From NCBI GenBank assembly GCA_043228905.1, contig JBHGNT010000008.1:9610001-9674000 (forward strand): a stretch of 64,000 bases of DNA, written 5' to 3'. The DNA comes from Azolla caroliniana (lineage: Eukaryota > Plantae > Polypodiophyta). Below, piece by piece: positions 36,010 to 50,329 of the stretch; position 1 is the first letter of the stretch; every line of letters starts with the position of its first letter. The notes below the pieces were generated by a model. That model saw only the letters and a program-made list of their open reading frames with translations. It searched no databases and was not told the origin of the DNA. The position numbers and the translations under genes are program-made.

Positions 36010-38218
36010 GTAATAGTTAATATAGTAACAAACACACTATTATACAAATTTAAGTTTGTGAAAAACACTACAATGGCATCACAACTCAAATGCTATCCCT
36101 GCCTCTACATGGGTACTCATTGTTACTAGATAATCTCTTTGCACTCTCTACTTTATACACTATCAACCTTTCAATCTCTAAGTCTCTTTATATATATCTC
36201 TAATTCTCCTTCTCTATCTATCAGTTTCTCTCTCTTTGGGTCCACTACCTCATGTCTCTCTACCTTTGAAACTGATCTATCTATCTATCTATCTAGATGT
36301 TTCTCTTTTTGGGTACAATACCTCATGTATTTCTACCTTTGTTTGATTCTCCATCTATCTATCTACATATTTGTTGGTCTCTATGTCTCGTTTTTGGAAT
36401 ATCGTTTACTCATTAGATCTATAAGTGTAATGTTTCTAGCCCCCCAATAACGTTTTCAAGTCAAAAACACAAAAATAATAACAACCCATCGTTATCATTC
36501 ATCCCATATGTTGTAGATATCTTCAAGACATCTCTTAAGAAATAGATTCGGGCCGGTTTCTCAGACAAGGAGTTCAACTTTCTAGGCTTTGTTTATTTTC
36601 TTGTTGATTGGCAACTAGAGGAGACATACACAAATAAGTATGCTTATTTGTGGAGGGGGGGATCTTTTATTTGCCCACTACACATACACACATAAATGAA
36701 AAAAGGGGGAGTTACTCCCCTCATATTATTTTTGCAATTTAATCTCATTACATAGATATGACTCCTTTATGCCAACCATTTTTTTCACTTTCTAACCAAA
36801 CCAACATAGCAAACTAGTAGTACAATCCACAAAACAATGTGAGAACCATATGTCATGGGCATTGCATATTAATACCCCAAACATAGAACATTAGAGTTGA
36901 GCTACCACCATCATAAAATGTCCCCAAATGATCATCTTGTGTTCAAGGTTGCCATCTTGACTGATTCATAATACTATTGTGGTACTATGATCTATACAAA
37001 AACATTCAAATGGTACATGATAGATGTTGATGTGGTAGTTGAGAAATGGTACTCACGTGGAAAAGCAATATTGTACATGCCCATCTATGTTTCCATAGTG
37101 TTTGTATAAAATTCTTGAACATAGAGAGTCACAAACCAATTCCACACACACTACTTGAAAATAATTTTCCTTAGGTCTCGTAAGTCAAAAGTCTTATACA
37201 TTATTTGATGTCGTATTAAGACAATAATAAAATGCAAAAGAATAGCGTATGTCGAAGCTTGTATAGATAACACTATTCGCTCAACTAGACACATGTAGAC
37301 AATTAGGTATACATAGAGAAGGAGAGAGAGAAACTAAGTGTAGCAAACAACAAACTTACAATTAAAAAATAATAGTTCTCATTACTTAGAAGTGTGCTCA
37401 ATGAGCACATTTATACAAGCCCTGATAGTGGGCTAACATAAGTACTGACAAGTACTTTAATGCTCACATAAGAGCATATGACATTGATTGTACCTAATAT
37501 TCCTATTACTAAGAATACGAATAAAGGCCTCCAACGGCTTGTTGGCTTTCCGGCCGATCCAATTGTTGGCTCCTTCAGTGGATCAGGTATCCGGCCTTCA
37601 ATCGATCTTACCAGCCGATCCGGTTTTAGGCTTGTTTAGTTGATCCTTCAGCTGGACCGGTTTCTTGTTGAGCTTCTCTCTCAATACCCCTTGAAGCTCA
37701 ATTTGAGGTTTCTCCTTCTACTTTGCCGGTTCTTTGCATCGACTCCTTCTACCAGCTTGCGTCGTGGCCTACGCTCCAGTACCTGTCCAGTCCTGTGCTC
37801 TTCGACCCGTCTAGTTGGTTTGTTTGCTCCTTACGCCTTCATCAACCTTCTTCTTGCCTCTACAACTTCGACGGCCCTTGATCCGTCGGTTCTCTTGCTT
37901 GGACATCGTCTTTGGTTGCATTCTCTTTTGTTTGGCAGTCTCTTGATTCAACTTGTCCAAATCATCTCCATTACCCGAATTGGCTATCTCCGATTCATCT
38001 TCTTCTTTGGGTCTCCCCTCGCCTTCGGCTACCTCTAGCTCCAACTCGTCTTCTGCGTGGCTCCCCCATCCGCTTCCTGTTCTTCCCTCATTAGCTCTCC
38101 CCCTCAAGTTAGGTACGTCGAGATATTGCACAAGCCCAACATGTCCGAGAAGTGCCGCAACTTGTTGAGACCAAGAGGCTCAATGAAGATGTCGGCCACT
38201 TGCCGATCGGTTGAAATG

Positions 38219-38269
38219 TGTAAAGAATCGGTGATGATTCAATGCAGTGGAAGAGATATGTGTGTGTGT

Positions 38270-38303
<34 letters not shown>

Positions 38304-41035
38304 ACATAAAAAAAATATAGAAAACCAGAAAACTCTATTAACACTAGCAAGAATTAGCCAACAGTTACAAAGAGAAGGAGAGGGTGCTTATGTAGTCACA
38401 TTTTGTGAAAGTTAATATGTGGAAGCGTATGACAAACCGGCTCAGCTAGATACCAATAGAATGTAGACAGAAGGTTTAATAGAGAATGCACAGGAGAGAC
38501 AGAGATAGCAAAACATAAAACTTAATTCAAAATGATAATACGCTTTGCACATAGAATGTGCTCAGAGAGAACTTTTATACAAGTCCATAAAGAACTGACA
38601 AAAGCACCGATAAGTACTTCAATGCTCATACGAGCGACTAGCACTAACTCCCAAAACTATGCCTACGTACTAGGCTAGATCCGTAGGCCTCTAACGGCAT
38701 AACGGTTTCAATACGATCCGGCCCCTAGTTCAGGATACCATCCGGACACCGATCCAACTCTCCGTTATGGATACTGATCTGGCTCTGGCTTATTCAGTCG
38801 ATCCGGATCCAGTGGAGCTTGCTCGCTCAACACTCCCCCTCAAGCTCAACTTGAGGTAGGATCGCGATGTCAATGTCTACAATATCCAATCCTTTCCTCC
38901 GGCTCCTTCTGGCATCCTCCCACCTTGCTCGCGCTCCTCATTCCGTCCAATTCCGCTTCCTGCGACCCGTCCGCTTTTGTGCACCTCAACCTCCTTGGTC
39001 GGCTTGTCTACTTAGCATGCCCATCTCAGCTCCTTCATTGCTATGATTCCAGCGCTTGTCGACCCATCGGTTCCTCTGTATCGGTGTCGACTTCCGCTAC
39101 CTTCTCGTCCACTTGGCCTTTAGTTGAGCTGGCTCCTCCGAATCAAATTGTTGAACCATATCGACTTCCTCCGATTTGTTCCAGCTCTTGTTCGAATCGG
39201 TTGGCTCCGATTCATTCTGGCTCTTGACCGAGTTGGTAGTCTCTAACTCGTCTTCCATTTTCAGGCCCTTCTACACATTGGACCACGTCTAGGTCTTCGG
39301 CTTCTTTCGGTCGGCTCTGTGGTCGCTTGCTTCGACTTGTTCGGATGTCCCGACTCTTTCGGTCATCTTAGCTTCCTTTTTCTGCTCATCTCCCCCCTTG
39401 GTTCTTTCATCCTCTTCGGCTCCTTGTCTAGTGCCATCCGTTCTCCCCCTCAAGTGTGGCACGTCGAGATGCTATAGACCAAGCATCTCCGAAAAGTGTT
39501 GCAACTTGTCTGATCCTAGCGGTTTAGTGAAGATGTCGGTGACCTGCCGATCCGTGTGACCATATCAAAGTTCAACTTCACCGCTCAAGACCCGCTCACA
39601 GACAAAGTGATAATGCACTTCTATTTGCTTGATTCGAGCATGGAAGACGGGGTTCTTGGTGAGCTATATGTTGTTTACGTTGTCATAGTAGATCAAGATC
39701 GAGGTCGGTACCTCGATCCAAAGGTCTCGCAGCAATCGCCGAAGCCAGATGGCTTCACAGGTGGCAATGATAGCACCCCGATATTCAGCCTCAGTGCTCG
39801 ATAGAGCCACTGTTGGCTCCTTTTTGCTGCTCCACGCAACAGTTGCGCTACCAAGAGAAAACATGTAACCGCAGGTGGATCGACGATCTAATGCATCACC
39901 AGCCCAGTTGGCATCGGTATATCTAACTAGCTTCTTGGCTATACCGTGTTGGTATAACAGTCCCCGGGCCTTCGTGCCACTCACATATCGCAATAGTTGA
40001 TGCGCGCACTGAAGGTGCTCCACGGTCTGCTTTTGCATAAACTGGCTGATCAATGTGACTGGATAACTGATGTCGGGTCGGGTGATTGTCAAGTAGATAA
40101 GGCTTCCGACAATCTGTCAAAACCATTTCTCATTACAGGCCGGTCCGGAGTCAGGACGTTGCTTCGGGTTCTGGTCCAGGGGTGTGGAGATCGGTTGGCA
40201 TTCCACGATGCCATGCCGAACTTGTACAACATATTCAACACATAATGGCATTGTGAGAGAAATATGCCGTCGAGGGTTCGGATCACCTCGATCCCAAGAA
40301 AATAATGAAGGTCCCCTAGGTCCTTCATTTCAAAAGCGTCTGACAACTAGGACTTCACATGGTCGATTTCATCGAGTCCGGGTCCGGTGATGACTAGATC
40401 ACCTACATATAGTAGGATATCAACTAGACCATCCGAACCTTTTCGGACTTTGAGGCCACAAACCCCATCTTACGCAACCGGTGCATGATTTTCTCATTCC
40501 AAGCTCTGGCGGCTTGCTTCAAACCATAAAGTGACTTTTTGAGTCAGCACACCGCCGACCTATTTAGCTTCGATTGAAAAATGGGGGGTTGGATCATATA
40601 GACCCGTTCTTCAAGGCCACCTTGAAGAAACGCATTCTTCATGTCCATTTGGTGAAGATGCCATCCCCTTGCCACAACAATAGCCAATACCACACGAACC
40701 GTCGTCATCTTCGCTACCGGAGCGAAAGTCTCGTTGTAGTTGATTCCGTGGGTCTATGCATATCCCTTTGCCACTAACAGGGCCTTGTACCGGTTGACGA
40801 ACCATCGACATTGTACTTTACCATGTACACCCACTTGCAGCCGATCAATTTACATTGTCTTGGAGGGTCAACCAGGTTCCAAGTGTCGTTGGCATCGAGT
40901 GCCCACATTTCTTCTTCCATAGCAGCACGCCAATTTGCGTCTTTCGTTGCTTCTACGTAGCTCTCTGGCTCATGCAGTTCCACCACCTTGGTCATGTACG
41001 CATAGTGATGCGCCATGTACTAATTGTATCCATAT
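38219..41035 (-). mobile_element. Element E2: 5'-truncated copia (3' LTR 38219-38832, PPT, RH, RT)
   Basis: PPT rc at 38833-38844; ORFs 39664..40092, 40089..40346 and 40774..41016 carry copia RT/RH motifs. Confidence 0.8.
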
Positions 41036-41039
41036 TATT

Positions 41040-42671
41040 TTACAGGGTTCTTTTGGCGGGTTGACCGGTGCAATACAACAAGCCACGATTCTTAGTGTTG
41101 TTGATATAGCGCAATATCCGATGCGCACATTGAAGATGTTCGGTCATCAACTTTGACACGAATTGACTTATCAGTCCAATCGGATAACTGAGATTTGGTT
41201 GGGTGATAGTCAAGTATAAAACACTCGCGTCAGAAGCCGGCCCTGATTCGTGGCGAAGCTTGACATTCCTACTAAGAGGAGTTGAGACGGATTTGCACTC
41301 CTTCATATTGAATTTGAAGAGCATATTCAACACATAATGCCTTTGGCTGATCAATATGCCCAATATGCCTTCCGGGGTATGGGGTATTGAAGGTCCCCCA
41401 CGTCCTTCATCTCGAATGATGCCACCAACTGAGACTTGACGTGGCCAATTTCCTCTAGGTCGGTGCCGACGATAACCAGATCATCTACATATAGCAATAT
41501 GCTAGCCAGCCTGTTCCAACCTTGCCGGATGAACAACGAAGAATCCGATTTAGATGGCTGGAACCCCATTCAATTCAATCTCTATGTGATCTTTTCATTC
41601 TAGGCATGGGGTGCTTGTTTCAGTCTATAGAGGGACTTCTTCAACTGGTAGACTACCGACTTGTTTAATTCGGATTGGAATCCGGGAGGCTGCACTATGT
41701 ACAACTATTCCTCAAGGTCGCCTTGGAGGAACACATTCTTCACGTCCATTTGATACAGGTGCCATCCCTTTGCCGCCAGTATGGCCAACAACACTGAGGT
41801 GGTCATCATCTTTGTGACCGGTGCAAACATCTTGTCCTAATCGGTTTTGTGTTGCTACGCATAGCCCTTGGCCATCAGTTCGGCCTATACTTGTTAACGG
41901 AGCTGTCAGCATTGTACTTTTCTTTGTACCATGTACACCTATTCCTCAAGGTTTCCTTGGAGGAACATATTCTTCACGTCCATTTGATACATGTGCCATC
42001 CCTTTGCCGCCGGTATGGCCAACAACACTGAGGTGGTCATCATCTTTGTGACCGGTGCAAATCTCTCGTCGTAACTGTGTTGCTACGCATAGCCCTTGGC
42101 CATCAGTTCGGCCTATACTTGTTAATGGAGCCGTCGGCATTGTACTTTTCTTTGTACCATGTACACCTATTCCTCAAGGTCGCCCTGGAGGAACAAATTC
42201 TTCACGTCCATTTGATACAGGTGCCATCCCTTTGCTGCCGGTATGGCCAACAACACTGAGGTGGTCATCATCTTTGTGACCGGTACAAACATCTCGTCGT
42301 AATTAGTTTTGTGTTGCTATGCATAGCCCTTGGCCATCAGTTCGGCCTATACTTGTTAACGGAGCCATCGGCATTGTACTTTTCTTTGTACACCCACTTG
42401 TAGGCCATCGGCTTGACCCCTCTAGGAGGTCAGCCAACTCCAAGGTCTTGTTTTCAGCGAGTGCATGCATCTCTTCCTCCATGGACGTTTTCTAATTGGC
42501 ATCCTTTGCCACCTTCACGTAGCTCTTCGACTCGCGTATCTCCGCCACTTTTGTCATGTACGCATAATGATACGCCATGTACTCATTGTACCCGTATCAA
42601 ATTGCACGGTTCTTCTAGCAAGTTGATCGGCGCAACCTCTTGTTGGCCGATTTCAAGGCCCTCTTGGACGA
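41040..42671 (-). pseudogene. Copia RT fragment E3 with a triplicated segment
   Basis: LLYVDDL and EMKDVGDL motifs; tandem units at 41706, 41940 and 42168. Confidence 0.8.
41706..42392. repeat. Tandem triplication (~230-bp unit) of copia RT sequence
   Basis: Units begin TATTCCTCAAGG at 41706, 41940 and 42168. Confidence 0.9.
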
Positions 42672-42989
42672 TGTTTAGAGACAAGCTCAACATGACGCCG
42701 AACCAACTGAAGAAGCCGATAGCCAAATCGGCTAGGAGGATCAGCTGAAGAAGCCGAAAGCTAGATCGGCTGGAAGCCGTAACAGCCGACAAGACCGAAA
42801 GGCCATCTAGTCATTAGAACCTAGTTCTCCTAGTGTAGCCTTAGGAATATTTTAGGATAGTCAAATGTTAGAGCTCATGAATGAGCATAATTTAAGTATT
42901 GTGTCAGTATTGTTTGTATATATGGTGCTCTGTGAGCACATTGTAAAGTCGACTCTTTTTTTAATATAGTTATCTCGGTTGTTCTATGT

Positions 42990-43044
<55 letters not shown>

Positions 43045-46000
43045 CTCCATATTTGTGGTAACCTAACTGTCTTTCATACTACGCATGGATAGAGGAATGC
43101 CTTCTAGATAGAAGAAGACAAGAACATGGATAGAGGAATGGGTGGTGTGCTTCCAATGAAGAAGTTGGATAGAAGCAACTACACATCTTGGGAATACAAG
43201 ATGCGCTAATACTTACTCGGGCACAACTACGGGAGCTACATCCATGGAGATAACGAAGTAGCGCCAAAATTGATACACAAGGATTTTCCAGCCTAGGAGC
43301 AGGCACCAACTAGGGTCATGTACTATCTTGCATCTTGTGTGCATGAACAAATGCTGGGCTACATTCAAAATGCAAAGATGCCGAAGGAGGCCTGGGAAAA
43401 TCTGAAGAAGATTTTCGCCACGAGTACCATGGCCCGTAAGTTGCAACTTCTTTAAGAGCCCAACAATATCCAACAAAGGGATGTGATGGTGACTGACTAT
43501 ACTACAAAGATCAAGGAGATTTGTGATGCTTTGGGGTCCATCAATGTGACAGTGGATGAGGATGAGATGGTATAGATCTGCCTTGGTGGCCCAGCGCAAA
43601 GGTACGGGCCGATTAGAATGGCAATCTGCACAAGGAAGAAGCCACTAACATTCTTCAACTTGCAATCGATGCTTCAAGTCGAAGAAAACCACACAGGCGA
43701 GTCAAGGAGCACGCACCCTTATGGCCGGATGCTATAGACATAGATGGATCGACCTCGTGGGTGTAGACAAAGAGGCGGTTTGACACGCACAAATGGTGGT
43801 TGAAACAAGTAAAGACAGAACAGAAGAGGTGAAACCAGTCAGGGACCCTCGATAAGGAGGGGGAGTCAAAAGTCGGCAAACCAAGTCAATGGACTGCTGG
43901 TATTGTGGTAAAAAGGGCCACAGGGAAAGTGAGTGCTAGAAGAAGAAGGTCGATTCGGACAAAGCCGAATCAAGTAGAGCCAAATAGGGAAATCTACAGA
44001 GATCGCATTACGCAGAAGGATCAGGTCAGGCCGAAACAGGCCCTACATTTGTAATGAAGCACAACGTTAATTCGATGGAGATGAGCACCTCAAGACCGAA
44101 GGAGGTGTGGTATGTTGATTCCAAAGCTTCCAACCATATGAAGAACCACGAGGAATGGTTCTCTAGTTTAGAGAAACTAGAGTAGTTGGGAAACATTGAG
44201 ATTGGCGATGACACAACTCACCCCATCAAACATATTAGCAATGTTCCTCTGAGCCACATCAGCCAAAGAGGTTTGATGAAAAACGTCTTGCATGTGCCAA
44301 CAATCACCAAGAACTTGGTGTCGGTTGGATAAATTCTCGACTAGGGCATGCAAGTCGAATCACTCATCATGGCTGCTTCATCGAAGACGAAAGCCACATA
44401 ATCGCGCATGGGCATAGAGAAGGGAGGATGTTCATCCTCGACACAAATAATGTCAGCACCACTATGTTTGCGAAAGGATAGAAGGTTGAATCGGATATCG
44501 ACCTATGGCACAAGTGGATCGGCCACATCAACTTCCCAAAGCTTCACGACATGCAAACAAAGCAAATAGTTTTCGGCTTGCCGAAATTCAAAAGGCCCAG
44601 GTCTATGAAGCATGCCAACCACCTTGCTTTCCCTAACAAGCGTAATCAGAGACATAACAAGCTCGACTTAATCCATTTGGATGAGGAATGATATTTTATC
44701 TCTTTCTTTAATGAATTCATTCCGAACACTTGGGCCTGTGTAATCGAGAAGAAAAGTGCAGTCCTCTCATGTTTTTTGAAGCTTAAGAGCCTAATTGAGC
44801 GGGAGATGGGTAGAAAGATCAAGTGCTTGAGGCCGATGGTGGAAAGGAATATTTTTCTGGCAAGTTCACAAATTATCTACAAAAGGAAAGAATTCGGAGA
44901 GAATTCACCTATAGATACACATCGGCGAAGAATGGCTTGGCCAAAAGAAAGAACCGGACGATTGAGGAAACGACAAGGGAAATGCTTGAAGAGAAGCATA
45001 TGCCTAAGTTTTATTGGGCTAAAACCATCAGAACGAATGTCTATCTTCAGAATCGGACGTCAACAATGGATCATAAGTGTCACCACATGAGCTCTATTTC
45101 GAGCGTAAGCCGAATTTGACGCATCTACTAGTGTTTGACAACATCCCAAATGTGCATGTGTTGAAAGAGAAGCGCATGAAGTTAGACCCGAAAGCCAAGA
45201 AATGCATACTCGATGGATGCTCGAATGAGCAGAAGGGTTATAAGTGCTATAACCCCCAAACCAAAGGGGTGTGAGTAAGTGAAGATGTTATTTTTAACGA
45301 ATTAACTTCGTGGTATCTACCTCCGCCTAATCGAACCGCCATGCACTCCGACCTAGATTCAGAAGACAAAGCAAGTTTAATTGGCTCATTTGTGGAGGAA
45401 ATCGGCAAACAAGAAGAGTGTTCAATTTTGTTTCGACTAAGCGGGTCGAATGACGAGCTGGGCCGAGATGGCCAACTTTCAAGCGAAGATGAATTGGTTG
45501 TGATGTCGCCAAGGAACAAGACAAAGAAGAGGCTCATTTGCCTCAAGAAAGGAAAGAATAAGCAAGTGCTAGAGTAGCACTACAAAGATGAGACACATTG
45601 AATCATAGTGAATTCGACGAAGCCATATTAGTGATGGAGGTCCGCAAGAGCTGAGGATAGATTCGACTAGAAGGGCCTTGAAGACGGCCAACGCGAAGTT
45701 GCACCGATCAACATGCCACAAGAACCTTGTTATCAGGTTTAGGTATAATGAGTACAATGTCATGGCCAATCATTATACATACATGACCAAAGTGGCGGAG
45801 ATACGCGAGCCGAAGAGGTACGTGGAGGCGGAATAGGATGGTAATTACAAAATGGCCATGGAGGAAGAAATGTGGGCATTAGCCTTTAACGACACATGGG
45901 ACCTAGTGGATCGTCCTCGATACCGCAAGAAGATCGAATGCAAGTGGGTGTACAAGGTAAAGTACAATGCTGACGGCATGGGCAATAGGTATAAGGCCCG

Positions 46001-47090
46001 ATTGGTGGCCAAAGGCTACACACAAACCCCCGACATCGACTGTGATGAGACCTTCACGCTCGTTGCGAAGATGATGACAGTTCGCGTGGTGGGGGTAGTA
46101 GTAGCGTGAGGTGATGGCATCTCCATCTGATCCGCACCCCCAATGGCATATTGTGATGAGGATACTATCGGCCACAACCGGTTGGTACATGTGCGTACAC
46201 AGGCGCAAAGATCGAAATGACCGAAAACAAAAGACACAAGACACAAGACACACATGAAAGTACAGAGACAAGTATTTTTAATGTGGAACCCCTGATAGGG
46301 AAAAACCACAAGAGTCCACAAACTCCAAGCAAATCACTATAGGTAAGAGGAATGTACAACAAGAAACTACAAGGCAACAACCTTGAGTTCTACTTCTTCC
46401 ACAGATGGTTATAGAGGAGTTATACTCGCTCTCTCTCTCTCTAGCTACACTAATGATTCATCACACATATAATGATTTGCACTAAGTGTATTGTTACTCA
46501 TACACAATATGGGATATTTACAAATATAGCCTCAAGTCAGCTTTGCTTGATTCGACTATTAGCCGAATCGATTATTATTCAACTTTCGGCCTCAACCAGA
46601 TTGGGAATCGCCCGACTTTTTTGCCAGGGTTGATTCTCTATGACTCACGCTCTCCTTCCCATCGAGAGGGACCTGTTTCCTAACATATTGCTCACTCAAC
46701 CACACTATGTCTTGAATATGTTGTACAAGTTTGGAATGATGGATTGTTGATCTGTCACCACTCCTCTCGACAAGAATTTGAAGCTTCGTCATGACTCGGG
46801 AGAGACCTATAATGAGAAACGGTTTTGGCAAATTTTGGGAGGCCTAATATATTTGACAATCACCCAAACTATCTGATCCGCTTGATAAGCCAATTCATGC
46901 AGAGGCTAACAACCAAGCACCTTCAATGCATGCATCAGATATTGTGTTATGTCAATGACACAAAGGATCGTGTGTTGTTGTATCGGCATGGCGTAGCCTA
47001 ACATCTAGTCTGCTACACAGATGCCAATCGGGCTGGAGGCACCACACATCAATGATCGACATCGGGTTTTGCATTCTCCCTTGGGAGCGG
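42672..47090 (+). mobile_element. Element E4: degenerate copia related to D, 3'-truncated at G
   Basis: LTR start TGTTTAGAGACAAGCTCAACA; frameshifted gag, CWYCGKKGH, INT, and RT up to STSGFAFSLG. Confidence 0.85.
46154..46685. mobile_element. Solo LTR in the RT of E4
   Basis: TG...CA, 532 bp; TSD TATTG at 46149-46153 and 46686-46690; host RT frame RTPNGILLTQ is restored. Confidence 0.85.
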
Positions 47091-47527
47091 TGTTAACTCT
47101 TAGGGCCGGACAATGGCCTAACACAGGGTGTCTACGGAAGACACTTCACCAAAGGGTGTTACAGCAACCAGATTAGACTCAACGCTTAATCCGACTTAAT
47201 CAAGTTACTTAGCATGATCGTCTTTCATAATCACACGCGTAAGATATAACAATTAAGACAGAACGGCAATTAACACAGATAGGTAACAACGCTAAGCTTT
47301 TATTAATTAACCGTTATTCATTACATTGTATCCGGGCCTTTAAATAGGTTTCCGGTCTGTATTACAAAACGGTGCCATCCGCACCTATTCGGGATCGGTC
47401 CGGATCCGGAACGACATACCAATTCCGGTCCGTCCGTTCACACTCATAGCTTAATTACAACCAAATTCCTATTACTTAAATAACTCTCCGTTTCCCACTC
47501 TGGACTCCTTTGCCGGCCGGTAACACA

Positions 47528-47544
47528 TGGCACGCCTGTGGGAC
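47528..47544 (-). promoter_or_regulatory. tRNA-3'-end-like GTCCCACAGGCGTGCCA in the PPT position of G
   Basis: Ends 2 nt before the 3' LTR on the minus strand; no purine tract. Confidence 0.8.
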
Positions 47545-47579
47545 AGTACCTTGTACGTCGAATCCACAACCGACCCTTG

Positions 47580-50181
47580 CTATTCTTCGTCCAAAATATC
47601 CAGAATGCTTTGTTCGAGAGGCTCCAATGGTTCATCTGGAAGTGGTTGTTGTTGTTGTTGTTGTTGTTGCTTTGTTGATGTCTGCTGCGGCGGGTCCGTT
47701 GGTGGTTGCTGCGGCCGCTCCTCCATTTGTTGCCCTGACACCGACGTCTCCGTCGTTGCTCCCTTCGTCGTAGTGGTCTCCGGTTGACTGGTTCCGGGCT
47801 GGCCCTCAGCCGGCGACGGTTCCTCATCACTAAGGTTAACCGTTGCCGCTTCCCTTGCTTTTTCTTCCCGAACCCGGGACCGCTCGTAGCTTTCAAACTG
47901 GATTTGAGCGTCCAGCCTATCATCGTCTAGCTGAGCTACGAGCTGCCTAACCTGCGCCAGCTATTCATCCGCCAGGACTTGGAAGTCGTCGGCCAGCTCG
48001 TCCCGTATGGCGATGAAGTGCTCGGAAGTCAACGTATAACAATCATCTCCTTCCTTCTGCCGATTTGCCACATCTGCCCGTAGCAACTGGAGTTCCGCCG
48101 CGTTTTGTGCCCACTTTGTCCACCATTTTACGGAGCTTTCATCAATCAAGTGTTTTTTCTGATTCAGCCATGCCCGGAGGATGGACTAAATCCGGCTTGT
48201 TCCCAATTGCGATTTGGTTTCCGCCGCTTGTCGTTCCTCCTTCAGTTGCTTGATGATTTTGACGTTGTCTTCCGCCTGCGCCTTGTAATGCGTCAATTGC
48301 CTTTGATATGTACTTTGTAATTTCTGCAATACTGTTGACGCTCTCTCTTTTTCTTCCTGCTGCTGCCTCTGGAGCTCCATCTGGACCTTCTCCGCTTCGT
48401 CCAAGCGTCTTGTATTTTCCGCACGTTCGTCGGCGATGGCCGTCGCGGCCCGATCAACTTCCTGCTGGAGCTCGGACATCTGTTCTTTATGCTCCATTTC
48501 CAGCCGTTTGTAGTCTCGGTGCAGGTGCTCAAAATCATCTGTCTTTTGCTTGAGTCGTGCGTTGATCTGTCGACAGGCCCGGTCCTCGCGGTCCTTCTGT
48601 TGGCGGAGCTCTTCCTTTAGCCGTTCACGGCTCATTAACGCTTCTTGTGCGGCAAGTTCATCTCTCAATTCCGCAAGCTCCTGGGCTTGCGCCGCATCTC
48701 TCGCCAGAACGGTTTCCGTTGCCGGGGTCTTATTGCTATGTACAGGTCAATCCGTTTCTTTATTCTGTACACTTACCGGAGTCACCGGTGATTGGATCTA
48801 TGTTGCCGTTAAGGCCATTTTGGCCATCTCTGTCGTGAGCTGATCCAAGTCTTTTTCAAGGCACCGGATTCTGGACCGGGCCGTCTCTAGTTGTTCAGTT
48901 GTGATGAGCAACCGTTCGCTTTGCGCTCTTTCTTCCGCCTCAATATACCCCACTGCTCCGGCTATTTGTTCGCCTATCCACCGGAGCCACAGGCTACCGG
49001 TGCCTTGTTGTGCTTGCACAGAGGTTTGACAGATGGGCTCACTTGTAGATAGGTGGTCCCGCCTGGTTGCGCCGAGTTGCAGTTCCGTTTCTGCCCGTGG
49101 ACCACCCTGCTGTCCTAGTTCCCCTTGTGCTTCTTCTTGGCTGGCAGAGGGAAGCTGCATTGACCTTTCCGGCTCTGGCGAGATGGGACTTGCCGGTGTT
49201 GCCGGTGGTGCCGGGGTTTCTGATTCCAGTGCCATGCGAACCGGTTCCGGTTCCTTCCTTGGCGTAGGAGTCTCAGTATGGGGAGCCGGTGTTCCCTCCG
49301 TCTGAGGGTCCGAACGATTCCCGGCTGCCTCAACGGTCCTTGCCGACGACCGTCGCTGGAGGTGCTCCGTAGGCTCCTCCTCTATTTCCTCTTCCTGAGT
49401 CCCAGCATTGAGTTTTGCCGCCAAGGGGTCCGCTTCTCTATTCACCAGTCGACGGAGTGTAACCTTTACGGGCCGTGCCGGTGGTTCCTCCTGCGCCTGC
49501 GTTGGGCGCTTCTGGCTGCCGCCTGTTCTGCATCCGCCGCCTTTCCCTTACTGGCTTTAGAGGCCAATAGCTGTTGTAGTTTTGAAGCCGTCTTTGGGGT
49601 GCCGTCTACCACTCTTCCTCGCTTCTTGGGTTGGACAGGCTGGACGGGTGGCACAAGCAAGGTGAGCCACTGCGTTACGGCGTGCCATATCCTCCGTCCG
49701 TCTCGGCCTTCCTTGCCGTCTTTGCCTTTGACGATCTCGATTGCCACACACAACCTGTCTGCGATCAATACCGGCCAATCCACCTTGACCCCTTCATAGG
49801 TGGCGATGATCATCCCTGCCCGGTTCTGCGGCATGACAGGGGGTCTAGGGTACACGTGGCAGTATTCATGGAGCACACGAGCAATCTCGCGGAACAACAT
49901 ATCTCCGCCGCCCTGTGTCCGGTAGCCCTTGCTGGCTAGAGAGTACTCACCAAAATACCTGATGAGTTGCTCCGGGGTTGGATTGTCGATCGTGAGTATG
50001 CCTCCCTTCGGAAGGCCCGTTAACGCTCGAATCGCCTCTGCCGTTATGACCTCTGTGTCGATTTCTTTGATCACTTTGTCGGCTTCTTTGTGTGGCGGTA
50101 CTTCCATCATCATCAAGAAGCCCTCGAGCCCGTGTTGCTTTGGCCATGTCTTGGCAGCTTCCGACAGCGTTTGCGGGTCCA
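47580..50181 (-). pseudogene. Third ORF of G (N-terminal helical domain, Pro-rich linker, coiled coil, acidic tail), several disruptions
   Basis: ORFs 49466..50431 (from MDPQTLSE), 48798..49445, 48186..48668 and 47961..48149; ends EQSILDILDEE*. Confidence 0.8.
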
Positions 50182-50329
50182 TTTCTGTGTCAAGGTCGGA
50201 TTGCGATGGCGAGGTTGGATTGTGATGAGAGTGAGGTTGAGAGAGAGAGAGTTCAGAAGGCGGGGGTTCTCTGTGCGCAGGTTCTCTTCTGATGATCTTG
50301 CAGCGTCTTGGTGCTTGTGTGCTCCTGGG

